In this document: piece by piece, positions 19,744 through 30,734 of the stretch
How positions within the stretch are numbered: the stretch's first letter is position 1
Layout of the letters: each line of letters opens with the position of its first letter
Origin: Terriglobia bacterium
GTDB taxonomy: Bacteria > Acidobacteriota > Terriglobia > JAJPHL01 > JAPKYU01
Assembly: GCA_965206645.1 (NCBI GenBank)
Contig: CBDBKE010000004.1
Coordinates: 320,001-384,000 of the forward strand
Reading direction: 5' to 3'
DNA length: 64,000 nt
Notes under the pieces: model-generated
Told to the model about the DNA's origin: nothing
The model's input: only the letters and a program-made list of their open reading frames with translations
The model's database searches: none
Program-made: the position numbers and the translations under genes

Positions 19744-21327
19744 TTAAGAAGGCATGCGGCCACGCCGCAAACGTGCGCCCGCCCATATGGCGAGTGGCGC
19801 AACGAACATAGCAATGCTAACTCCTATCAAAGCAAGCAGATGCAGGTAGGTTTTAAAGAGTACATTTAAGTCTGGCACCCGCTGGGTCATCCACAAGCCG
19901 TAAGACCAGTAGACCCAAAGCACTTGGCCTGCCAGTGACAGGCTGATCAGCAGCGCGGTCGCTGCCGAGAGCCGAAGACCAGCCCGGCCAGATATCAGGC
20001 CCATGACGAAGGCGGCTGTCAAAAGCGCTCCACCGGCCAGAACCATGTTTTTCAGCAGAAAGCTCTCCAGGTATTCCTCTCGATTGATCGTGCTCAATGA
20101 ATAGCCTAACCCGAACCGATCCAGGAGCAGGAAATGGGTCAGGTAAAAGACCAGAAGCGCGCCCAGGGCACCGCGCCATTGGGCCGGCGTCTCGAAGACA
20201 CTGACGAAGAGCCAGGCCAGCAGGAACAGCAGTCCCAGGCCCAGACGCCTGGCGATAGGGCTACGCACACTGCGAAGCCGATCCATGGCCTGCTGTTCCG
20301 TGCCTGCCAGAACCCCCCGGCGAATCAAGGCGAAAATTCTACTCTGGTTGTTCTGCATCCCCATCAGCCTGTCGCGCAAGCTGGGATCAAGCTGGAGAGC
20401 GCCGAATAACACCTTGCCCTCATTGGTGGCGGGAAAGGGCAGGCCGAGTAGAGCACAAATGGTGGGCGCCACATCCACGTGCTCGGCTTCTAATTGAGCG
20501 CCGCGGCGCACCGGGCCGCCGACCAGCACCAGCGGCACTTCGAGCACCTCAGGTTCGCTGCCACCATGGCCTCCGCGGTCCAGGTGGCCGTGGTCCGCGG
20601 TCACGATGATGACCGTTTGGCTGAGGTCCTGCGAGGCCACCAGCTTGCGCAGGCAGTTGTCGATGATGCCGTAGACTTCTCGGGCAACAGGCGACAGCGG
20701 CCCGTAGTCGTGGGAGGCGGTGTCGGCAGCCGTCAAATCAATGGCCAGGAAATTGAACTCCGTATTACGCACAAACTCCAACCCCTCCGTACAACGGCGC
20801 TCCTGCCAATTGAGCAGTTGCGCTGGCGGGGCAAATTTCGGCTCCTTGGCCGGCGGCAGCAGCGCATCCAGATGAAGACCAAACCCCCGAATCCAAAACT
20901 CGGAGCCAGCCGCCGCGGTGCGCTGCCCGGCAGCCCGGGCGAGGGAAAACACCGAGTCGGCATCCACCGGCTGCGCCGCGAAGTTGGAGGTGATGCCGTG
21001 CACCTCCGCCCAGGCGCCGGTGGCCAGCACTGCCCGCCCCGGATAGGAGAACGACGGCACACCCACCTGGGCGCTGCCGGAGGCGCCGCGGCGTCGCAGC
21101 TCATTCAGGAAGTCCATCTGGCGGGAGGTGTCCAGGCGGAGGCCGTCTATGGTCACCAGGATAACGCGCGGAACCAGCGGCTCCGCGGCAGGCAACGGTG
21201 GGTGGAACCGATAGGGAGTGCGATAGTGAACCACGCTGTCCCAGGCGGAGGCCGCGATTTGATACCCGCCCCAGGCCATCCCTAGGATCAGCAACGCGCA
21301 GGTAACGGGTGGTCCCCAGTCTCGCAT
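19744..21327 (-). CDS. Membrane-bound alkaline-phosphatase-superfamily transferase (PIG-G/O/N-like architecture)
   Basis: IDGLR, D..SH..G, TADHGH...GGHGG, DVAPT..LLG.P.P..N.G; N-terminal anchor plus multiple C-terminal TMs. Confidence 0.75.
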   Translation of the reverse strand: MRDWGPPVTCALLILGMAWGGYQIAASAWDSVVHYRTPYRFHPPLPAAEPLVPRVILVTIDGLRLDTSRQMDFLNELRRRGASGSAQVGVPSFSYPGRAVLATGAWAEVHGITSNFAAQPVDADSVFSLARAAGQRTAAAGSEFWIRGFGLHLDALLPPAKEPKFAPPAQLLNWQERRCTEGLEFVRNTEFNFLAIDLTAADTASHDYGPLSPVAREVYGIIDNCLRKLVASQDLSQTVIIVTADHGHLDRGGHGGSEPEVLEVPLVLVGGPVRRGAQLEAEHVDVAPTICALLGLPFPATNEGKVLFGALQLDPSLRDRLMGMQNNQSRIFALIRRGVLAGTEQQAMDRLRSVRSPIARRLGLGLLFLLAWLFVSVFETPAQWRGALGALLVFYLTHFLLLDRFGLGYSLSTINREEYLESFLLKNMVLAGGALLTAAFVMGLISGRAGLRLSAATALLISLSLAGQVLWVYWSYGLWMTQRVPDLNVLFKTYLHLLALIGVSIAMFVAPLAIWAGARLRRGRMPS

Positions 21328-21429
21328 TTAAGTTCGAAACAATTCCCCAGCGTCGCAAACCGGCGTTGCGTATAGCCGGGAACCTTTGGCACAGACTTGA
21401 GTAGAATACCAATAGACCATGGCATCGCG

Positions 21430-22065
21430 ATGAATTTACCACTTCCAGAACTGCTGGCTCTGGCGCTCGCTTCCGCGGTGGCTTCCGGCTTGAATGCCTA
21501 TGCCAGCGTGGCCATGATCGGTCTGCTCCAACGCTACGACGTGATTCAGCTGCCGCCGCCTATGAACGCCCTCAGTCAGGACTGGGTGATTGGGGTGGCG
21601 CTGGCGCTGTTTGCCATTGAGTTTGTTGCCGACAAGATCCCCTACTTGGATAATCTCTGGGACGCCATCCACACGTTCATCCGAGTGCCGGTCGGAGCGG
21701 GCTTGGCGGCCGGGTTCTTCGCCGGTCAGGCGGGTCCCTGGCAGGCGCTGATGGCGGTGGTGGGCGGCGCGCTGGCCCTGCAATCGCACGGCACCAAGGC
21801 CTCGGCCCGGCTGGCGGTCAACACCAGCCCGGAACCGTTCAGCAACTGGGCGCTCAGCCTGGGCGAGGACATCCTGGTAGCGCTGCTGCTGTGGATGGCT
21901 GCCTCGCATCCCTACATCACCCTTGCCATTCTAGCCGTGCTGGTGGTGATTTTTGTACTGCTGGCGCGTGTGATTCTTGATGCGCTGCGGCGGATGTTGC
22001 GGCGTCTGAGCGGGCGGTCAGGCGCCGCCCCCGCCCCGAGGACCACCGCGAGCTCCCCGCGCTGA
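21430..22065 (+). CDS. DUF4126 family membrane protein
   Basis: ASGLNAY, EFVADKIPY.D..WD.IHTFIR, N.SPEPFSN..LS..ED. Confidence 0.9.
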   Translation: MNLPLPELLALALASAVASGLNAYASVAMIGLLQRYDVIQLPPPMNALSQDWVIGVALALFAIEFVADKIPYLDNLWDAIHTFIRVPVGAGLAAGFFAGQAGPWQALMAVVGGALALQSHGTKASARLAVNTSPEPFSNWALSLGEDILVALLLWMAASHPYITLAILAVLVVIFVLLARVILDALRRMLRRLSGRSGAAPAPRTTASSPR

Positions 22066-22174
22066 GATTCCTATCCGCCCGAAGGGCGGCGGCCTTAGAA
22101 GTGCAGGTTCAGGCGTCCGGCAACGACGCGGCGGCCTGCGAATTGGATTGGCGGAGGCTCGCAACTTCCATTGT

Positions 22175-23104
22175 TTAATCGCTTGAGTTTGTATGAACTA
22201 TCCCTAAAGTGTCTCGCCAGAAGGCCAGCACCCGCCGCTCGTACTCTTCAGGAGCTGTTTCCCAGGCCTGGCCGTGTGTTGCGTCCGGGACCGTCCAGAA
22301 CATTTTGGGATCCCGTGCCGCCACATAAAGAGTTTCCACCGAGTCACAGGGAAACACTGTGTCCATGTCCTCATCAATCAGGAACACAGGGCGCGGACTG
22401 ATTCTGCCGATAACCTCAACAGGGGCTACCTTGTCCAAATCAACTCCCAGACGAAGCTCAGCGGTCCATTTCGTGAGGTGTGCGAAGGGGAAACAAGGCA
22501 GTCCAAATCCCAATTCGTTCTTAAACGAATGGCAGAGAATGTCATTGATGCTTGTGAAGGGAATATGGGCGACCATCCCCTTGATTTCCGGCTTCTCGGC
22601 TGCGGCCAGTATGGCCGATGCGGCACCCAGAGAGTTACCCTGTACGCCGATACGTTCCGGGTCTACATCGGGGCGCGTCTTCAGATAGTCCACCGCACTT
22701 TGGATGTCCCACGATTCCTTGGCGCCGAGCGTTTGCGCGTCCCCTTCGCTCTCACCGCGATAGCGAAAATCGACCAGCAGGGTAGAGAAACCGGCCTTAT
22801 GCAGATAATCCGCGTGGGGTAACATCCAATCCTTGTAACCACCCCTGCCATGGGCCAGCACAACAGTCGCACCGTTGGTGCTGGGAACGAACCAACCGGC
22901 CAGCTTCAGCCCATCCCGGCTCTGAAAGTGCACGTTCTTCAGTGGCAGTTTGTAATCCTCCGGCCGGTAAGGCGATGGCTCCTGCTTCGGGTGGATAACT
23001 TGCTCGGATGCGTACCAACCAACCGCCCCGAGAGCCACTACAACCCCGACCACGACAGCAGCCGCCCAGTACACCTTTCCCCTCCTCGCCAGCGGGCCTT
23101 TCAT
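22175..23104 (-). CDS. Membrane-anchored alpha/beta hydrolase
   Basis: DGLKL.GWF, HG.GG, DFR..GES, GNSLG nucleophile elbow. Confidence 0.9.
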   Translation of the reverse strand: MKGPLARRGKVYWAAAVVVGVVVALGAVGWYASEQVIHPKQEPSPYRPEDYKLPLKNVHFQSRDGLKLAGWFVPSTNGATVVLAHGRGGYKDWMLPHADYLHKAGFSTLLVDFRYRGESEGDAQTLGAKESWDIQSAVDYLKTRPDVDPERIGVQGNSLGAASAILAAAEKPEIKGMVAHIPFTSINDILCHSFKNELGFGLPCFPFAHLTKWTAELRLGVDLDKVAPVEVIGRISPRPVFLIDEDMDTVFPCDSVETLYVAARDPKMFWTVPDATHGQAWETAPEEYERRVLAFWRDTLGIVHTNSSD

Positions 23105-23169
23105 ATCAAGTTCCAGGGCGTACTCCCGCCTACGTTTTCCAAAGCTGCGCCAGGGAACAAAAGGTGAGC

Positions 23170-24206
23170 CTATCCGAAGAAGGTGGAAGCGATCCTGTAA
23201 AGTTCCTCGTCGACGTAGCGGGTGATCAGTGCCTCCTGAAACGGCACGGACACAATGCTGCGGCCCTGGAGAGCCACCATTTTGCCGAATTCTCCGCGGT
23301 GGACCATCTCGCTGGCGGCAACTCCGAAGCGCGTGGCCAGGATGCGGTCGAAGGCTGTTGGCGAACCCCCACGCTGGATGTGCCCGAGAATCACGACTCG
23401 CGTCTCAAACCCGGTGCGCTGCTCGATCTGCTTGGCCAACACCTGCCCAATCCCGCCCAACTGCACGTGCCCGAACTCATCCACGCGCTCACTCTGGCGC
23501 ACCTCCTGCGGCGCTCCGCCCGGCAGGCTCAGCTTGCAGCCTTCGGCCACAACCACAATACTGAATTCGCGTCCCCGCTGGTTTCGCTTGTGAAGGATTC
23601 CGGCGACCTCCTCCAGATTGATGGGGATCTCTGGAATCAGAATGACATCGGCTCCGCCGGCCATGCCGGCGCCGACGGCGATCCAGCCCGTGTCCCTGCC
23701 CATTACCTCCACGACCATCACCCGCTGGTGTGCCTCGGCGGTGCTGTGGACGCGGTCGATGGCCTCGGTAGCGATATTGACAGCGGTGTCGAAGCCGAAG
23801 GTCTGGTCGGTGCCAGACAGGTCGTTGTCAATTGTCTTGGGAACGCCGACCACGTTCTTGCCCCGCCGGTGGAGCTCCTCCGCCACTGACATGGTGTCGT
23901 CGCCGCCCACTGCGATGAGCGCGTAGAGGCCCGGTCGAAGTTCTCTGTCACTCGCTGGATTCCATTGGGCCGATTGGTGGGGTTGGTTCGCGAGGTGCGC
24001 AGGATCGTGCCGCCTCGCGGCAGAATGCCTGCGACTTTGTCCAGATCCAATGGCTCCCACTTGGCTTCCAGCAGGCCGCGCCATCCTTCCAGGATTCCCA
24101 GCACCTCGCACCCATGCTGGAGGGATCTGCGCACTACGGCTCGAATCACCGCATTCAAGCCGGGGCAGTCGCCTCCGCCAGTGAAGATTCCGATGCGCTT
24201 CGCCAT
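23170..24206 (-). pseudogene. pfkA: 6-phosphofructokinase, frameshifted near 23930
   Basis: N-terminus ([19 protein letters not shown]) and remainder (GGDDT, PKTIDND, MGRD.G, GHIQRGG) are in different frames. Confidence 0.88.
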
Positions 24207-24400
24207 GTCAATTCGCTGATTGAGGAGATTTATCGGGTCAGATTACCACATACGCCGCGGAAGCAATGAAGGCGCAAACCAACTGGAGTTCCTGCGTGAG
24301 CACAGCTCGCAACCTGCGCTGACTCAGAGCCGTGACTCAAGGCGGTTAATGCGACTCCGACATTCTTGCTGTTTCCTAGTCTTGTTTCTTGGTTCGGAAA

Positions 24401-25429
24401 TCAGCCTGCTGGAGCTATCCGCAGAGCTTTGCGTGAAGGTGTGGACACAGGGAAGCGGCGAAGTCTCGCCCCATCCATGAAGCGGAGCGAACCGGGCGCC
24501 GAAGCGGCTAGCTGTTCGGTCGTGCGCTGTGGTTTCATGCGATTTAGCCGCGCGCGAAACACCTGTACCTCGATGTTGCGGTAGGTTACCGAATGGTGGA
24601 AGGCGCTGACACGGTCAAGCCGGTCCAGCAGCGGGTGCGGCAGTTCCGGCAGCGACCAGAAGCGAGGCCACCAACCGCGGCCGCTGGGGGGCGCCAGCAG
24701 GACCTGGCCGTCGCGCTCTACCAGCGCAAGCTGCAAGCGGAACCGCTGGGGCGGCCGGCGCGGCCTGGGTGGCGGGAAGCGAGCGACCGTGCCCGTCTGC
24801 CGCGCCTGGCAATGCGCCACGAGCGGACATTTCGGGCACAACGGGGCCCGCGGCCGGCAGATCGTCGCCCCCAACTCCATCAGCGCCTGGTTGAAGTCGC
24901 CGGGCCGGTTGCGGTCGAGCAGCGAGGTCGCTCTTTCCTGCAATCCCTCGGCGCAGGCGAACAGCCGCGCTAGCACGCGTCGAACGTTTCCATCTACCAC
25001 CGCGTGCGGCTCGCCGAAGGCGATACTGGCCACCGCTGCCGCGGTGTACGGACCAACTCCGGGCAGGGCGCGCCATTCCGAGTAGGTGGAAGGGAAGCAG
25101 CCTCGGGTGCGGATCTGGCGGGCGGCGGCCTGCAGCGCGCGCGCGCGCGAGTAGTAGCCCAATCCGGCCCAGGCGCGCAGCACCGTTTGTGGCCGCGCAC
25201 GTGCCAACACTTCCACGGACGGGAACAGTTGGAGGAAGCGCTGGTAATAGGGCTCGACCGCAGCCACTCGCGTCTGTTGCAGCATCACTTCGGCGAGCCA
25301 CACCCGATAGGGGTCCGGCGTTCGGCGCCACGGCAGATTGCGCCGGTGTCGGTCATACCACTTCAGCAGCTTGCGGCGCAATTTTTGCGGGTGATACACT
25401 TCATCAGGGATGTTCGCCGCGAGCCCCAT
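24401..25429 (-). CDS. mutY: A/G-specific adenine glycosylase
   Basis: PY.VW..EVMLQQT, W.GLGYYSRAR, LPGVG.YTA, VDGNV.RV, Cx6Cx2Cx5C. Confidence 0.95.
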   Translation of the reverse strand: MGLAANIPDEVYHPQKLRRKLLKWYDRHRRNLPWRRTPDPYRVWLAEVMLQQTRVAAVEPYYQRFLQLFPSVEVLARARPQTVLRAWAGLGYYSRARALQAAARQIRTRGCFPSTYSEWRALPGVGPYTAAAVASIAFGEPHAVVDGNVRRVLARLFACAEGLQERATSLLDRNRPGDFNQALMELGATICRPRAPLCPKCPLVAHCQARQTGTVARFPPPRPRRPPQRFRLQLALVERDGQVLLAPPSGRGWWPRFWSLPELPHPLLDRLDRVSAFHHSVTYRNIEVQVFRARLNRMKPQRTTEQLAASAPGSLRFMDGARLRRFPVSTPSRKALRIAPAG

Positions 25430-25629
25430 TTCTTCACAGAGTTGAACCTTTGGGCATTATAGTCGGGTTTTCGGTGGCCGATAAGAGGTTCAATGCCGAA
25501 ACCGGCCGTACGATTGCATTCAGGGGCGGCCCCGTGTATGTTACCGGTCGGTCGAGATTTGAAAACGGAAATCCTGAAGTAATACACCTGAAGTAATACA
25601 CTATGTGACGCGCGAAGAGGCTCTCCCTT

Positions 25630-26322
25630 ATGAGCCGAAACATGTTTCCAGCGCTGGCAGCCATGGGAGTTGCCCTGTTGCTTTTCGTTGCTCTCGGATG
25701 CCAATTTCTGGAGAAAAGCCCTGCGCCGTCTCCGAGCGCAGCAACCTCCAGCCAGGCTCCTGCACGTCCACCCCAGTCCGCCACGAAGCTCCTGTTTCGC
25801 GTCAAGGTCTCCGATGTCGGCTTGCAGAATAGCTCACTGGTGCAAGGTAAGGGCCCGGCTGACTTTGTAGAGGTTACGTTGTCGGGTGAGCTTTACGATC
25901 CGCCGCGCCGGTTTCAGTCTGTCAAGCGGGAGCAGGCGAAGTGGGACACGCCTCTGGACGCAGCAGCTTCTGATTTTTCTGCATTCAAAGCCGATGAGGA
26001 TGCCTGGATTCTGGAAAATTTCGTCAGTCAAGAGCGCGATCAGGTGCGTGAATTTCTCAGTAACGCGCGCATGCGTGAGCAGAACAGAAAGTCATTTGAG
26101 GGTGCTGAGTATCGAGAGGTTACGGGTCAGGCTCAACACCAAGGTTATGTCCTAGTGTTTGCGCGCGAAAGCGGAGAAACGCGCTCCTCGCCCCTGACGT
26201 TTCAGCAAACTGCGGGCGGTTGGAAGCGGACGAATGCGCTCTCTGGCGACGAGGTATTCGATATCGTGTTCACCGCCTTGTTGCGCGGAGGAGAAGTGAG
26301 CGTTACAAACGAGTCGCGTTAG
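25630..26322 (+). CDS. Hypothetical lipoprotein
   Basis: Signal peptide ending in lipobox-like ALGC, then a P/S/A-rich linker. Confidence 0.65.
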   Translation: MSRNMFPALAAMGVALLLFVALGCQFLEKSPAPSPSAATSSQAPARPPQSATKLLFRVKVSDVGLQNSSLVQGKGPADFVEVTLSGELYDPPRRFQSVKREQAKWDTPLDAAASDFSAFKADEDAWILENFVSQERDQVREFLSNARMREQNRKSFEGAEYREVTGQAQHQGYVLVFARESGETRSSPLTFQQTAGGWKRTNALSGDEVFDIVFTALLRGGEVSVTNESR

Positions 26323-26338
26323 ATCCTGCTCATACGAA

Positions 26339-27208
26339 ATGTTGCTCTCGCCCCGGCAATGGTTGGTGACCTTTCTTTCCTTACTCCCTCCGGCCTTGCT
26401 CCTCCCGGGTTTACTCCTCCTGGCCCTGCTCCTTCCCGGTTCCCCGTGTCTGCGGGCAGACGACGCGCCGCGACTGCTGGTCACCGTGAGCAACCAGTAC
26501 GGCTTTCCCGTAACGGACCTGAAGGCGGAAGATTTCAAGGTGAAGCACAAAAAAACCGTACGGTCGGTGCAAACGGCCCGTTACCAAACCCATGACCTGC
26601 TGGACATGGTCTTGTTGCTAGAAACGAGCGAACTGGGAGCGCGGGTACGGGGCCAGATTCGACATGTGGCCGGTCTTTTCATCCAGGGCCTGGGCGGGAA
26701 GGATCAAATGGCGATTGTCGGTTACGCCACCGCGGCTGACCTGGTGCAGGACTTCACCTCCAGCAAGAAGCTGCTGAAACGCGCAGTGGGCAAGCTCGAG
26801 TACGGTAACCCGCCGGCCCTGCTGGACGCCATCTACGCGGTCGTGGATGGTGCCTTCGAGGATGCCGCTGGCCGCCGGGTGGTGGTGGTCATTGGCAGCG
26901 GCCTGGACAGGCGCAACCGTGTCGAGCGGAAGGAAGTGCTGCGATTGGCGCGCCGCAACGACGTTTCCATCTTCTCTATCTCCTTCGCCGGCGACTGGAA
27001 TCTGAAAAAGCTCGCCAAGCAAACGGCCGGCGACTCCCACAGCGGCAAGGAGCTGCGCCAGATCAAGCAGCTAGTCAAGAATATCCTGGAGGGGTTTCGC
27101 GGCTATTACGAGCTGGTGTTGCCCGGCCCCCCGCTGGATAGCAGCAAGCTCAAGGTGGAGGTGCCTCGCGGCGAGAAGCTGCGCATCAGCTACCGCACCG
27201 CCCGCTAA
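26339..27208 (+). CDS. VWA-domain protein, degenerate MIDAS
   Basis: VTV....G.PV.DL...DF.V, LVQDFTS, LLDAI; ETS in place of DxSxS. Confidence 0.8.
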   Translation: MLLSPRQWLVTFLSLLPPALLLPGLLLLALLLPGSPCLRADDAPRLLVTVSNQYGFPVTDLKAEDFKVKHKKTVRSVQTARYQTHDLLDMVLLLETSELGARVRGQIRHVAGLFIQGLGGKDQMAIVGYATAADLVQDFTSSKKLLKRAVGKLEYGNPPALLDAIYAVVDGAFEDAAGRRVVVVIGSGLDRRNRVERKEVLRLARRNDVSIFSISFAGDWNLKKLAKQTAGDSHSGKELRQIKQLVKNILEGFRGYYELVLPGPPLDSSKLKVEVPRGEKLRISYRTAR

Positions 27209-27728
27209 CTTTTATTGTTTTCTCCGTCAGCCACAGAAGAGAACAGGGCCGTCACTGGCTGCCAGGCTCGCAGCGTGTGCAGATTCACTGCCGTCAAGAA
27301 GCAAGGTCCTCAAAGTTGAATCTTAAGAACGCGCCTACCGGTTCCCCACCCGGTAGTGGCCTCTCGCCATTTACGAGGAGGCTGGCCGCGTTCTTGGTTC
27401 ATGCTGCCGCACGGTCAATTGACACTTGACACTGGTATTAGAATAAACCCAAGCAGAATAAGGGCCAAGAAGCTATCCAAACACCCCGAGGTAGACCATG
27501 CATGGACTATGCGTCGCTACTATTTTAACCGTGATGGCGGTTGGGCCTGCACTGGCCCAAGATCTCAAGCCCGTTTCGGCTTCCCTGGCGCATCGTATCG
27601 AGGCGTCCGGTCGCAAGACTGTAGCAGTGATTGATTTTACCGACCTGCAGGGAAACGTAACGGAGCTCGGCCGTTTTCTCGCCGAAAAACTTTCTGTTGA
27701 TTTGGTAAACGATGCGAAGAGCTTTAAG

Positions 27729-29376
27729 CCCGGATTTCCTTTTTGAAAACGCAGCGGCAACCTTCAGCTAACCTCCAACGTCAATATTGATACTGGTTGC
27801 AGCATCAATCGGAGCGTTCGGAGGCGTAAACCCAATGGGTGAGAGCGGAAAACAGGGATTTCAGCTGTCGTTCAACCGATTTCTGCGAGTCGGGTTTCAG
27901 GGATCACGGGTGACTTCCAATGGTGGACTGATTCTGGTCCGGGAGTTGGATGAGCGTCTGGGATTCAGCGAACTCATTGACGAGCACCTGACCGATTCGC
28001 GGGCAAACAATGCTCGGTTTTCTTTCGCGGACTTGCTGCGGCAGTCGGTCTACAGTCGCCTAGCTGGATACGAGGATGTAAATGATGCCGAGCGGCTGTC
28101 GCAAGACCCGACCTTTCGGCTGATTGGTTCAGAGAAGACTTGGGAACGAGGCGCGGCGCTGACCTCCAGGTTGCAAACTTTCGAGACGGAGATGCTGGCG
28201 AAGGTGGAGAACTTCGTCGGGTTAGCCCGGATCAACCGGGAACTGATCGGAAAGGTCGAAGCCTTCCAGTGGCACTACCGAGCGGTGCTGGATATGGACT
28301 CAACCGAGATTCCGGTCTACGGGGAGCAGGAACAGAGCGCCTACAACGGACACTTCGAGTCCACTTGCTATCACCCGCTGCTTTTGTTCAATCGAGACGG
28401 CGACTGTCTGGCGGCCCAGCTGCGTCCGGGCAACGTGCACAGTGCCGAGGGTTGGGAGAAACTCCTGTTACCCGAGATTGAGCGCCAGCAAAGAATGGGA
28501 AAAGAGATTGCGTTTCGGGCGGACGCGGCCTTTGCCAAGCCGGAGGTGTACGAGGCATTGGAGGAACGGGGTGTGAAGTACGCAATTCGCATCCCGGCCA
28601 ACGATATTCTGCAGCGAGACATCGAAGAGCTACTGAAACGCCCCGTGGGAAGGCCCACCAAGAAACCGCTGGTCGAGTACAAGGGGTTCTTGTACCAGGC
28701 AGCCGGTTGGAAGACGGCTCGAAGGGTGGTGGCGAAAGTAGAGCATCATTCCGGGGAGTTGTTCCCGCGAGTGGGGTTCATTGTAACGAATCTGACGCTG
28801 CCGAATCGGGCGGTGGTGCGATTCTATAACAAGCGCGGCACCGCAGAACAGTGGATCAAGGAAGGCAAGCAGGCGGTGAAGATGACGCGGCTCAGTTGCC
28901 ACAAGTTCCGATCTAACGAGGTACGGCTTTGGCTGACGATCATCGCCTACAACCTGGGCAACCTATGGCGACGGCTAGTGCTGCCACAGAGAATCGAGAA
29001 GTGGTCCTTGACGAGCCTCCAGCAGCGGCTGATGAAAACCGGAGGACGGCTCCTAAAACACTCACGGTACTACTGGCTCCTGCTGGCCGAGGGCCATTTG
29101 ACCCGACGGCTGTTTGCCAGCATGCTGGGGCGGATCGATGGATTGGCACTCCCGTCGGGATAGCCTGGGCTACGGCACACAAGAAAACGATGCCGCTATC
29201 CCCCAGGTATGGAGAGTTGTCTGAAAAAGCTGGGTTTGGATGCTGATTGGACGGTTTTAGGGGACCCCGAAAGGGACGCTCGGAGCCGATGGTCCTCTCG
29301 GAGAAAACATTGTACTCGCTGGGACGCAGATGCGTGTATATTTTCAATCGCCGGAAGGCCAAAAAGGAAATTCCGG
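27729..29376 (+). mobile_element. IS1380-family insertion sequence, copy 2 (1648 bp)
   Basis: Ends CCCGGATTTCCTTTT / AAAAGGAAATTCCGG; TSD TTAAG at 27724-27728 and 29377-29381. Confidence 0.94.
27835..29163 (+). CDS. IS1380-family transposase
   Basis: Diverged paralog of 2872-4200 with the same motifs. Confidence 0.95.
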   Translation: MGESGKQGFQLSFNRFLRVGFQGSRVTSNGGLILVRELDERLGFSELIDEHLTDSRANNARFSFADLLRQSVYSRLAGYEDVNDAERLSQDPTFRLIGSEKTWERGAALTSRLQTFETEMLAKVENFVGLARINRELIGKVEAFQWHYRAVLDMDSTEIPVYGEQEQSAYNGHFESTCYHPLLLFNRDGDCLAAQLRPGNVHSAEGWEKLLLPEIERQQRMGKEIAFRADAAFAKPEVYEALEERGVKYAIRIPANDILQRDIEELLKRPVGRPTKKPLVEYKGFLYQAAGWKTARRVVAKVEHHSGELFPRVGFIVTNLTLPNRAVVRFYNKRGTAEQWIKEGKQAVKMTRLSCHKFRSNEVRLWLTIIAYNLGNLWRRLVLPQRIEKWSLTSLQQRLMKTGGRLLKHSRYYWLLLAEGHLTRRLFASMLGRIDGLALPSG

Positions 29377-29484
29377 TTAAGGTCATTGACCGCACGCATC
29401 TGAAGGCCATTCTACATGAGCACAAGCTGGCGTCCACGGGCTTGATTGATCCGCAAACGGCCAGACAGTTGGGCCGGATCGCCG

Positions 29485-30734
29485 TGACCAGACCGATTTT
29501 TTGTACCAACCGTAGTGAGAGTTCACATCGCAGCCTGGGGCTGTGAAACTGGTTTCAGTGGCAGGGGAGGGCTATAGGCCCCCGGCGCCGGGGGCCTATA
29601 GCCGAGCGCCGAGTGCGGCCGCACCGTGTTGTATTGCACCCTCCACTGTTCAATCACCACCTGTGCCTCCTTCAACGAGTAGAAGATCTCTCCATTCAGG
29701 CATTCGTCCCGCAGCTTCCCATTGAAACTCTCGCAGTACCCGTTCTCCCAGGGACTGCCCGGTTCGATGTACAGTGTCCCGGTCCCTAGATTTGCCAACC
29801 ACTGGCGCAGTTGTTTGGCGATGAACTCGGGACCATTGTCGGATCGAATCTGTTCCGGTATCCCTCGCCACAACATCACGTCCGACAACGCCTCAATGAT
29901 TTGTTGGCTGCCCATTCTCCGCTCCACCCGGATCGCCAGGCATTCCCGCGTGTACTCATCCAGCAAGGTCAGCAGCCGCAGCGTTCTCCCCTCGTGCGTT
30001 CTGGCACTCATGAAGTCGTAGCTCCACACGTGGTTCGGTCGCTCCGGCCTCAGTCGTACACAGGAACCGTCGTTCAGCCACAGCCGTCCTCGCGGCCTTT
30101 GTTTTTGCGGCACTTTCAGCCCTTCCCGCCGCCAAATCCGCTGCACCCGGTCCTTGCCCACTTCCCAGCCCGCACTCCGCAGCAACGCTGTGATCCTCCG
30201 GTAGCCATATCGCCCGTACTTCGCTCCCAGGGCAATGATCGCTCGGGTCAGAGCATCCTCGTCCACCCGATGAATCGGCTCGTATCGTTGTGTCCCTCGC
30301 CATTGCCCCAGCAGCCGGCAGGCATGCCGTTCCGACAACCCGTGTTGCTCCCACGCACGCTCCACCGCACAACGCCGCCGCTCAGGGCTCAGAAGTTTCC
30401 CTGTGCCACATCCCGCAGCACCTGCTTCTCCAGAGAAAGCTCCGCTACCAACCGCTTCAGCCGCGTGTTTTCCTTCTCCAACTCCTTCAGCCGTTTTGCC
30501 TGCACCACCTTCAGCCCGCCGTATTCCTTCCGCCACCGGTAGTAGGTTTGGGTGTGGATTCCAGCTTCTTTGCAGGCTTGGGGCGCAGTCTTCCCGTTCC
30601 CCATCTGCACTTCTATCTGCCGTAGCACCGCTACAATCTGCTCCGGCTTGTAACTCCTTGTCGGCATGACCTCACTTCCTCCTCAAGTGGATTCTCTCTC
30701 TTTCCACTTGGTACAAAAAGTGCCGGTCAGGTCA
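29485..30734 (-). mobile_element. IS3-family element, IS407-like (1250 bp)
   Basis: TG..CA ends TGACCAGACCG..TTTTTGTACCAA / TTGGTACAAAAA..CGGTCAGGTCA; 4-bp TSD GCCG. Confidence 0.93.
29523..30667 (-). CDS. IS3 transposase OrfA (30389-30667) + OrfB (ends 29523), programmed -1 frameshift
   Basis: OrfA HTH/leucine zipper ending at a G-GGA-AAC slippery site; OrfB YGYRRI, WSYDF, SDNGPEF, PW.NG..ESFNG, RPHSALGY. Confidence 0.92.
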
